A DNA stretch of 64,000 nucleotides from Winogradskyella sp. GTDB taxonomy: Bacteria; Fidelibacterota; Marinisomatia; Marinisomatales; AB-629-J13. The stretch is from the NCBI GenBank assembly GCA_964230865.1, contig CAXRJK010000024.1, positions 3,246-67,245 on the forward strand, read 5' to 3'. The notes beneath the pieces are model-generated. The model was not told the DNA's origin and made no database searches. It was given only the letters and a program-made list of their open reading frames with translations. The position numbers and the translations under genes were made by a program. Below, one piece after another: positions 56,697 to 64,000 of the stretch; positions within the stretch are counted from its first letter, which is position 1; each line of letters begins with the position of its first letter.

Positions 56697-57128
56697 CTTT
56701 TTTTTACGATCTTTAAATGCTTTGAACTCCAAGGCATTACCGCTTGGATCATAAAAGAACATAGTTGCTTGTTCTCCCTTATCTCCCTTAAATCGTACGG
56801 TGGGCTCAACAGTAAATGCTAGGTTCTTTTTTTGAAGTATTTCAGCTAGTTTATACCACTGGTCTAACTCGAGTACAACCCCAAAGTGAGGAACTGGGAT
56901 CGTATGTCCATCCACGGGATTTGTGTGTGAAATAACTTTTCCGTTTGGACCTAGGTCTTGGTTCAAATGACAGACCAACTGATGGCCGAACAAATTAAAA
57001 TCCACCCAAATTTCAGAGCTTCTACCTTCAGGACAATCTAAAAGAGAGCCATAGAACTCTCTTGCCTCAGATAAGCATCTGACCTGAATCGCTAAATGAA
57101 ACGGCTGTAAGTCGGGAGAATGAATCAT
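56682..57128 (-). CDS. VOC (glyoxalase/bleomycin resistance/dioxygenase) family protein
   Basis: PFHLAIQVRCLSEAREFYGSLL and HFGVVL. Start set at ATG 57128 (ATGA overlap with the SDR stop) rather than the track's 57191. Confidence 0.6.
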   Translation of the reverse strand: MIHSPDLQPFHLAIQVRCLSEAREFYGSLLDCPEGRSSEIWVDFNLFGHQLVCHLNQDLGPNGKVISHTNPVDGHTIPVPHFGVVLELDQWYKLAEILQKKNLAFTVEPTVRFKGDKGEQATMFFYDPSGNALEFKAFKDRKKKLFAV

Positions 57129-57874
57129 ACTGAAAATTTTGTTATAAGCCATCTCGGAACAGATTTCATCAGAGGAACGATCAACCTCCACTGCCAGGGT
57201 AAAATATATGTTCGCTTTCCGGCATCCATAGCGCTCACTATTTTTTCTGCAGCAGTAAGCGAGTCCATGAGGAACGACATTTTAAATTTTATATTTTCTG
57301 TCATCTCTGTTGCAATCCATCCGGGGAATATGGTTGAAATCGAAATATTATTTTTGTTCAGTTGATAGCCCCATGAGTCAGCTAAAAATTTAACCGCAGA
57401 TTTAGATGCAGCATATCCTCCGTGTCCCAAGAATCCTCTAGTGCTTGCAATCGAGCTGATAATTCCAATTTGACCAGACTGTTGATCTTTTAAGGTAGGG
57501 AGAAACGGTAAGATTGAATTGGTAACTCCTATAATATTAGTGGTTAGTATGTGGTTGATCGCGCTTGAGCTACCGGAAAATAATTCGTCACTCCCACCAA
57601 CTCCCGCGTTTGCAATGACAGTATTTATTCCTCCAGCTTTATCAATAAAATGGTCAGCAGAATTTTTACACTCTTGCTGATTTTTTACATCGAGCACAAA
57701 TGAAATAGGATTACCGCCTAATTCTCTACACTTTTCGCTTACCATTTCCAGCCTATCTTGTCTCCGCCCTGAAATGCCTACGGTTGCTTTTCGTTTGGAA
57801 TAAACATATGCCAGTGATTCGCCAATACCACTGGTAGCACCTGTTATAAAAACTTTGAGCTGAGAATCAGTCAT
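57125..57874 (-). CDS. short-chain dehydrogenase/reductase (SDR)
   Basis: ITGATSGIGESLA cofactor motif and the YAASKSAV catalytic YxxxK. Confidence 0.8.
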   Translation of the reverse strand: MTDSQLKVFITGATSGIGESLAYVYSKRKATVGISGRRQDRLEMVSEKCRELGGNPISFVLDVKNQQECKNSADHFIDKAGGINTVIANAGVGGSDELFSGSSSAINHILTTNIIGVTNSILPFLPTLKDQQSGQIGIISSIASTRGFLGHGGYAASKSAVKFLADSWGYQLNKNNISISTIFPGWIATEMTENIKFKMSFLMDSLTAAEKIVSAMDAGKRTYILPWQWRLIVPLMKSVPRWLITKFSV

Positions 57875-59690
57875 CCAATTTTTTTATCAAAAAGTGCCAA
57901 AGATAAATGAACCCACCAATAGATAAAATAGTTAAAATTATCCACTGAGTTGTGTTTCCAAATAGCCAATGACCAATTGCAAATGTCATCCCGTGTATAA
58001 AGCAAACTCCTGCAATCCAATTCAGAAAAAATCCTTTTGTAACAGAGGATAGCGGTGTATTTACATTTTCCGCAATTGGATTCCACCAACCTCCCGGGTG
58101 AACTCTTTTATAAAACCGGGTCAGGGTATCTGTTGGCTCAGGTTTAGTGAGAAACGTAACTGAGACCCATATCAGAACAGCAGAGGGAACGATGATTAAA
58201 AGCTTGTGATGCATTTGTAGAGATATCCCAAATAATACTGGAGCTTTATCAAATAACATGTACTCTTGTCCGGAGCTTGTGGTCTGAAACCAGGCAATGA
58301 CTTCCAAAATAATTGTGATTGAAATTGACGTAAGTAGTGCTGAGATTTCCGTCCAGGCATTGATCCTCCACCAAAACCAGCGCAGGATGAGTACCAACCC
58401 TATTCCCGCTCCCATGGCAAAAATAAACTCCCATGCCTTGGATATACTTTGCATGTTTACCGCAACAAATGCAGAGCAAACCATAAGTAAAACCGTGATA
58501 ATTCTACCAACGATAACTAAGTGTTTTTCAGTGGAATCCTTTTTGATAAAACGAGCATAAACATCATTAATTAAATAGGATGTGCCCCAGTTCAAATGAG
58601 TGTCAATTGTAGACATGAATGCCGCCAAGAATGATACAATTAAAAGTCCCTTTAATCCCGGACCTAGATATAGATCCATAACTAGAGAATATCCTGCCTT
58701 CTCACCTAGCTCTGAAAACTCATGAGGGATAGTCGGAAAAACAATGATGGAAACAAGAGCTACCGCGATCCATGGCCAAACTCTTAACGCATAGTGAGCA
58801 AAATTATACCACAATGTCGCGAGCAAAGCATGTCTTTCATTTTTAGCTGAGGACATACGTTGGATGATATATCCACCTCCATCAGTGCCATGGTGAGACC
58901 ACCACATTACGGTGATAAAAATGAGAAATTTTGAGAAAGGAGACTCCCAAAATATTTTAGAGCTGATATCTGCATCGGGGATTGGAGGGATAAATTTAAG
59001 GGTGTTTTTGTAATCAGGATTTGATTGGGTCAAACCTTTGAGCTGGTCCATAAGAGATTCCAATCCACCCACATTGTTAACTGCAATCACAGCAAGAATG
59101 ATAGAGCCACCCATTGCAATAAAAAATTGCACTAAGTCTGTAATAACTACTCCCCAAAACCCAGAAAGCAGTGCATAGATCAACGCGATAAATACACACA
59201 CCCAAACAGCAGTCCACTTATCAATATCTAGCATCACCGCCGCAATAGATGCCATCGCATTGATAACCCATCCCATAACAATAAAGTTGTATAGAACAGC
59301 AAAATATCCTGCTTTAAAAAAACGGAGAATTGCAGCCGGTTTTCCAGAATATCTAATTTCTAAAAGTTCGTTGTCTGTCAAGACCCTCGCTCTACGCCAG
59401 AGTCTGGAAAATAGAAGCGCACCTAACAGTCCCGATAAGAGGAGATTCCACCAGAACCAATTTTGCCATATACCCGATCCTCTTACAAATTCAGTGATCG
59501 CTAGTGGTGTATCTGCGGCAAAGGTAGTAGCTACCATGGATGTCCCAACGACCCACCATGGAAGCGAGCGTCCGCTTAAGAAAAATTCTTCAGGACTTTT
59601 TCCTGCTCTTCGAGCAAAAAATATTCCTATTGCTAACGAAAACAGGATGTAAACAAAAATGATGCCCCAATCTAGATAGGTGAGTGACAT
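57867..59690 (-). CDS. sodium:solute symporter (SSS) family transporter, 607 aa
   Basis: EEFFLSGRSLPWWVVGTSMVATTFAADTPL N-terminal SSS signature. About 13-14 hydrophobic segments. Confidence 0.8.
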   Translation of the reverse strand: MSLTYLDWGIIFVYILFSLAIGIFFARRAGKSPEEFFLSGRSLPWWVVGTSMVATTFAADTPLAITEFVRGSGIWQNWFWWNLLLSGLLGALLFSRLWRRARVLTDNELLEIRYSGKPAAILRFFKAGYFAVLYNFIVMGWVINAMASIAAVMLDIDKWTAVWVCVFIALIYALLSGFWGVVITDLVQFFIAMGGSIILAVIAVNNVGGLESLMDQLKGLTQSNPDYKNTLKFIPPIPDADISSKIFWESPFSKFLIFITVMWWSHHGTDGGGYIIQRMSSAKNERHALLATLWYNFAHYALRVWPWIAVALVSIIVFPTIPHEFSELGEKAGYSLVMDLYLGPGLKGLLIVSFLAAFMSTIDTHLNWGTSYLINDVYARFIKKDSTEKHLVIVGRIITVLLMVCSAFVAVNMQSISKAWEFIFAMGAGIGLVLILRWFWWRINAWTEISALLTSISITIILEVIAWFQTTSSGQEYMLFDKAPVLFGISLQMHHKLLIIVPSAVLIWVSVTFLTKPEPTDTLTRFYKRVHPGGWWNPIAENVNTPLSSVTKGFFLNWIAGVCFIHGMTFAIGHWLFGNTTQWIILTILSIGGFIYLWHFLIKKLDD

Positions 59691-59697
59691 ATGGCAG

Positions 59698-60951
59698 TTA
59701 GTATATTTTTTTTAATAAAGTCCCCTGAAAATAATGACTAAGAATTTCTTGTGCAGAATAATCATTTAACGCCATTCCAAGTGCTCCGATCTGACACATC
59801 CCTACACCGTGCCCCCATCCGCCACCGATAAGTTCAATATTTGACTCATCTAATTTTAGGATAAAAGCTGAGCTATATAGAAAGGATGGATGTAAGGTGC
59901 TGCGGATATCATATTCACTATTGAGAATTAAAGATTTTTTAGAACCGTCATCTAATTGATATTTCAAATTTAGTTTATTTATCCTACCTGATTCTCCTCT
60001 ATTTAAAATATCTATATTTTTGATGTGTGATACACTCTCATTTATTTTTTTTGAGAAAAATTCACAAAATATTTGTTGTGTGTAGCAGTTTTTCCATCTG
60101 AAATATTGTCTGCTTTCATCTACATTTCCTAAAAACTTCGTCAAATATTTTTCATCAATATATTTTGGACTGCAAAATGAATTCTGAGGTTCTGAAAGCC
60201 AGCAATCCCAATCAACCGTTTGCAAACGATTTTGTCCATCGAAAACGCTTTTTAAGTATGGTTTAGGAGCCATATTCCAGACATTCTCACAATTTTCAGT
60301 GATACCTCCACAAGATTTTGAATATCGTGCATCACAAATTTTATTGTCAAAGGTCAGGACCTGACCACAGGTTTTTTCTACGGTTTTGATCGATTGGATA
60401 CTCTGCTGAGAAATCCCTTGATATCGCTGGCAGCAGTCATCGTTGCAGGCATCCAATCCTAGGTTGGAATGTTTTTTTTCAGTTCCAGCTAATATCCAAG
60501 AGCGAGCTGTGATTGATTGAGCAATTAAAAATTCATCTGGACATGAGCTGCTCATTTCAGAGACTGCCACAGAGGCAAGGTACTGCTCAAGAGGTACCAA
60601 ATTTATAACCATCAATTTATCATTCCGATTTGTAATGAAAAGATTTCCAGGTAGTGTTACATCAATAAATTTCTTCCAATGAAAATTTCGTCCCGCAGGT
60701 ACATCATGTATGGTAACTCCATTGGTACTGTTATTCATTTTTATTTTATTGATTTTGATATCACCATCATGAACTGAAACAGTTAGCTTTTCAGATGTAT
60801 GGGGTTTTTTGGGTTTTTGAAAATTTATCGAATAATCTTCCGGATTCGAAAAGTAGAAACTCACGGTTCTTCGATTGTCCTGAGGTAAAATTATCCCTAT
60901 GGCTAAAATAGGTTCTTTATTTAGCATTAAAGTAAGCACGCGCTCCAGCAC
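59698..60951 (-). CDS. SpoIID/LytB-domain protein (peptidoglycan lytic transglycosylase / amidase-enhancer family)
   Basis: ARSWIL, CNDDCCQRYQG, ARYSKSCGGITEN, GHGVGMCQIGA. Confidence 0.75.
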   Translation of the reverse strand: MLERVLTLMLNKEPILAIGIILPQDNRRTVSFYFSNPEDYSINFQKPKKPHTSEKLTVSVHDGDIKINKIKMNNSTNGVTIHDVPAGRNFHWKKFIDVTLPGNLFITNRNDKLMVINLVPLEQYLASVAVSEMSSSCPDEFLIAQSITARSWILAGTEKKHSNLGLDACNDDCCQRYQGISQQSIQSIKTVEKTCGQVLTFDNKICDARYSKSCGGITENCENVWNMAPKPYLKSVFDGQNRLQTVDWDCWLSEPQNSFCSPKYIDEKYLTKFLGNVDESRQYFRWKNCYTQQIFCEFFSKKINESVSHIKNIDILNRGESGRINKLNLKYQLDDGSKKSLILNSEYDIRSTLHPSFLYSSAFILKLDESNIELIGGGWGHGVGMCQIGALGMALNDYSAQEILSHYFQGTLLKKIY

Positions 60952-62002
60952 CTATAACAGGAGCATGTGGGAGCTTTGATAATACAATTCTATTATTTTC
61001 TATATAATGGTTTTTAGAAGCACGATTTAAAATTGAAGAATTAAAAATCATTTGTTTTGTTGATTCAGTGATGTTTTGGAGTAATTCAGGAATTTCATTT
61101 AACAGTTGTATAAACCGTAACCCTAAAACAATTTTATCAAATAATTTACTTGAGTTTTTAGAAAATAAACACTCAATTCGTTGAACTATAAGAAGGGATA
61201 TTGTTGAAATGAAATTTGATTTGATCGAGCCAGCATTTTCTATCTTTAAAAACTGCTCGGGGAAGTTTTTCTCTTTTACTAATTTTGAAAATGGGATATC
61301 TTTAAGGATACTGTATTGGTCTATTAATCCTTTATAGCTTATAATCGACTCAATGGGGGTTCCCTCTTTATTTTTTAATTGCCATGTTTTAGGCATCCAA
61401 GATTCAATATCATCAAATGAAGTGAGACTCCCATTTAGTAATATTGCATCAGAAATTCCAGTGCCTGAACCGATAAATATTCCATTTTCAATTTCCCTGA
61501 ATGATCCAGATTTAGCATACAATTCTCCCACACCGCAACAGTCGCTGTCATTTTCTAGTGTATCAATTGGATGATGGTCCAATCCATTTAGCTTTAAGCG
61601 GTGTTCTAAAACATCTAGGAATCGGGGTATTCGCGGACCATTTTTTACTACATTGATACCTCTTTTTTCTACAGATTTAATTCCTGGAATACAGATTCCA
61701 ATCAGTGGATTATTATTTTTTATGTTTTCAATAATTTCGCAAATTAAATTTTCATAATTTTGTAAAATAGCTAAGGCTTGCTTTTCTTCAGAAATTTTTA
61801 GATTTGGATCGTCTATTTCCTCTGTTTGTATAGTCAGGTCAACAGGCTGATAATGGAGATCAAAAAGAGGATTTTCTGTATGAAAAAATGTAACTGGTTC
61901 TCCAGATAGAGTAAATGTGTACTCATCAATTTGTTTTAAAAGTGCACCGGAAACTTTGGTTGCTCCTCCATCAATTCCGATTATCAGTTGTTTATTTTTC
62001 AA
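60917..62002 (-). CDS. BadF/BadG/BcrA/BcrD-type ATPase, N-acetylglucosamine-kinase-like sugar kinase
   Basis: IGIDGGATKVSG phosphate-1 motif, GSGTGISD. 4-nt overlap with nagZ. Confidence 0.6.
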   Translation of the reverse strand: MKNKQLIIGIDGGATKVSGALLKQIDEYTFTLSGEPVTFFHTENPLFDLHYQPVDLTIQTEEIDDPNLKISEEKQALAILQNYENLICEIIENIKNNNPLIGICIPGIKSVEKRGINVVKNGPRIPRFLDVLEHRLKLNGLDHHPIDTLENDSDCCGVGELYAKSGSFREIENGIFIGSGTGISDAILLNGSLTSFDDIESWMPKTWQLKNKEGTPIESIISYKGLIDQYSILKDIPFSKLVKEKNFPEQFLKIENAGSIKSNFISTISLLIVQRIECLFSKNSSKLFDKIVLGLRFIQLLNEIPELLQNITESTKQMIFNSSILNRASKNHYIENNRIVLSKLPHAPVIGAGARAYFNAK

Positions 62003-63060
62003 AATAAATTGGATTTCAGGTTTAATATTCGATGAAAAGATTCTTTAATTCGAACCATGGGAATTTTTCCATTTTGGACCTGAGATACAATCGTTTTAAT
62101 AGAATCTATAATTAGATTTTCTCGATATGGCTCTAGATTGTTTCCCAGGCAAATAAGGTCAACTCCAGCGTTGATCATTAGTTCAAAAATCTCATCCCAG
62201 CTGTAGTGATCTGAGATGGCTTTCATAACAGGGTCATCACAAATAACCACTCCATTGAATCCCATTTTTTTTCGCAATAGATTTGAAATAATTTTTGTTG
62301 AAAGAGATGCAGGATAGTCTTTATCTAGTGATTGAATAAATACATGTCCCACCATAATTGCATTTAAATCATTTGATTGAATCAGCTTAGAATATGGAAT
62401 TAATTCTGACTCATCCCATGTGTCCGATATATCTGTCATCTCATTGTGGGCGTCTTGTACCGCGCTGCCCTGTCCAGGGAAGTGTTTTCCCACGGTACCA
62501 ATTTGTTTTTTTCTGTGTTCTTCTATAAAAATTCTGGATTGGTCAATTACTTCATTATAATTACCTGAGATACATCTACCTTCACCTCCAATCATTGAAT
62601 CTGAGCTATTCTGAATATCTAGTACGGGAGCTAAATTTAGGTTAATGCCACCTTGATGTAGTGTGTCAGCTACTAAATAAGAGAAAGACCTGGTTTTTTC
62701 AAAATCATTTAGTTCTCCGATCTCTTTCCATGAAGAAAAGTGTGAAAACCCATATTCTGATGTAAGTCTCGCACAGTTGCCGCCTTCCTGGTCTATAGCA
62801 ATAAACATTGGAGTTCTTGAAAAACTCTGAAGATTTTGTGTCAATTCCCTCAGCTGGTCAGGAGAATCAATATTTCGTTTTCCGGGAGGTTTTTGGGTCA
62901 TTTCCATATCATACAGAATAACGCCTCCAATGTTAAATGAGTCAATCCACTGTGTAATTTCTGAATTCTCTGATACAGTTTTTCCCCTGAACCCTGCTAG
63001 AATCATTTGACCAACCATTTGTTCCAGTGGCAAAGATTGATTTGAAATGATTGGATTCAT
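61999..63060 (-). CDS. nagZ: beta-N-acetylhexosaminidase, GH3
   Basis: IAIDQEGG, KHFPGQGSAVQDAH, MVGHV. 353 aa, no signal peptide. Confidence 0.85.
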   Translation of the reverse strand: MNPIISNQSLPLEQMVGQMILAGFRGKTVSENSEITQWIDSFNIGGVILYDMEMTQKPPGKRNIDSPDQLRELTQNLQSFSRTPMFIAIDQEGGNCARLTSEYGFSHFSSWKEIGELNDFEKTRSFSYLVADTLHQGGINLNLAPVLDIQNSSDSMIGGEGRCISGNYNEVIDQSRIFIEEHRKKQIGTVGKHFPGQGSAVQDAHNEMTDISDTWDESELIPYSKLIQSNDLNAIMVGHVFIQSLDKDYPASLSTKIISNLLRKKMGFNGVVICDDPVMKAISDHYSWDEIFELMINAGVDLICLGNNLEPYRENLIIDSIKTIVSQVQNGKIPMVRIKESFHRILNLKSNLF

Positions 63061-63126
63061 GTAATAAAATTAACGATTTAATACCATTTCAGATTTAATT
63101 TTCGTCATTATGAAAATCCGTAATTG

Positions 63127-63954
63127 ATGTCTACTAAATTCAGTTTTCTGATTATTTTTCTAAGTGTATTGGTATATAGCGGGTGCCAAAATAATTTGGA
63201 TTGGGTTGGTACGTTACCCAAGCCATGGACACTCTCTGAGTCAGAGGTATCAAAATTACTTCCAGAATTTCACTCAAGATTCCCCGATTTTCATGATAGG
63301 TTGAAGGCGTTTGCTACCTGGCAAGTAGGTAAGCCATATGAAATTTTCAAACTAGGAGAAGAAAAAGAGCCCGACCCAGATCCGATTATTCGCCTAGATG
63401 TTTCAGACTGTACGGTTCATGTATTGACCAGCTTAGCATTTGTTAAAAGCAAATCTTGGCAGGAGGCCAAAGAAAATATGATACACCTGCACTATAAGGA
63501 TCACAAACCAGATTTTACTACCCGCTGGCACTTTACATCAGACAGAATTTTATCACATCCGGAGACAGTAGATATTTCGCAGACCCTCTTGCCAATTGAA
63601 AAATTAAGAAATGTTCAAGTTATTTTAAATCAAAAGGAAAGTGGAGAAGAATTATTAGATTTGGATTGGAAAAGGGAAGTTGAAACTTATTACATTCCTA
63701 ATGACCAAATTAATGAAAGCTTGTTGAAGAATTTACCTGAAATTTGCGGTGTTGCATTTGTGAAAAAATCATTTTTTAATTCAGGAATAATAATTGGTCA
63801 CGAAGGTATGTTGATTGACAACACAAATCTCCTTCATGCTTCAACGGCTGAAGGAGAGACTGTCAATGTAAAATTTCTAGATTATTATTTCTCCAACCCA
63901 GAGGGCGTTTTTGATGGAGTGATGATTTATGAGTTTAAAGTGGAGAGAAAATAA
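63127..63954 (+). CDS. DUF1460 (AmiA-like, NlpC/P60-fold) lipoprotein, candidate anhydro-MurNAc-L-Ala amidase
   Basis: Lipobox LVYSGC. RLDVSDCTVHVLTSLAF candidate Cys nucleophile region. About 275 aa, typical of the family. Genomic context is NagZ and SpoIID. Confidence 0.5.
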   Translation: MSTKFSFLIIFLSVLVYSGCQNNLDWVGTLPKPWTLSESEVSKLLPEFHSRFPDFHDRLKAFATWQVGKPYEIFKLGEEKEPDPDPIIRLDVSDCTVHVLTSLAFVKSKSWQEAKENMIHLHYKDHKPDFTTRWHFTSDRILSHPETVDISQTLLPIEKLRNVQVILNQKESGEELLDLDWKREVETYYIPNDQINESLLKNLPEICGVAFVKKSFFNSGIIIGHEGMLIDNTNLLHASTAEGETVNVKFLDYYFSNPEGVFDGVMIYEFKVERK

Positions 63955-64000
63955 TTATAATTACTTAAGGTCTTTAAAAAAAGTAGTTTTTCCAAACCAA

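Noticed and set aside
1-64000. Scan for tRNA, rRNA, CRISPR arrays, transposases, integrases, toxin-antitoxin or known defence systems.
   Set aside because: I saw no T-loop-like GGTTCGAATCC-type motifs in the intergenic regions. I also saw no regularly spaced direct repeats and no recombinase, nuclease or reverse-transcriptase signatures in any listed ORF. The intergenic space is too small for rRNA.

Overview
Gene-dense 64-kb low-GC chromosomal segment with about 58 CDS on both strands and many 1-8 nt stop/start overlaps, from a Gram-negative heterotroph. Type IX secretion (T9SS) C-terminal sorting domains, a CarboxypepD_reg-type TonB-dependent receptor and a DUF1460 amidase point to the FCB superphylum. 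Clear Shine-Dalgarno sites argue against classical Bacteroidia; a marine Marinimicrobia/Ignavibacteria-like lineage is only my guess. I found no rRNA, tRNA, CRISPR, transposase, integrase or phage genes. Left to right: a YejABEF-like peptide ABC importer coupled to oligoendopeptidase F; queC-queE-queD and queG; aldehyde dehydrogenase; site-2 protease; a T9SS beta-propeller protein; elbB; M16 peptidase; rng-rplU-rpmA; a TPMT-like methyltransferase; S51 peptidase; a DjlA-like protein; a mutase large subunit with no B12 subunit; an AT-rich accessory block (dockerin protein, CDF, DUF1643, GNAT, PhoD); glycosylasparaginase; glutaryl-CoA dehydrogenase with a FabD-like acyltransferase and a fused E1 alpha-beta; thyX; a 1442-aa TonB receptor full of calcium-loop repeats beside a 969-aa Cys-motif T9SS cargo; etfBA plus a membrane Fe-S oxidoreductase; a fused AccA-AccD; and a six-gene NagZ/kinase/SpoIID/symporter operon facing the DUF1460 amidase. 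Best candidates for undescribed biology: (1) the cargo - terminator - Ca-loop receptor outer-membrane module at 43.5-50.9 kb; (2) an ABC ATPase with two hydrophobic helical-hairpin insertions inside its nucleotide-binding domain; (3) an E2/E3-less fused E1 coupled to an acyltransferase next to gcdH; (4) a dockerin-tagged pyroglutamyl-peptidase-like protein with Ser in place of the catalytic Cys. All calls rest on reading the translations and motifs. No database search was run.
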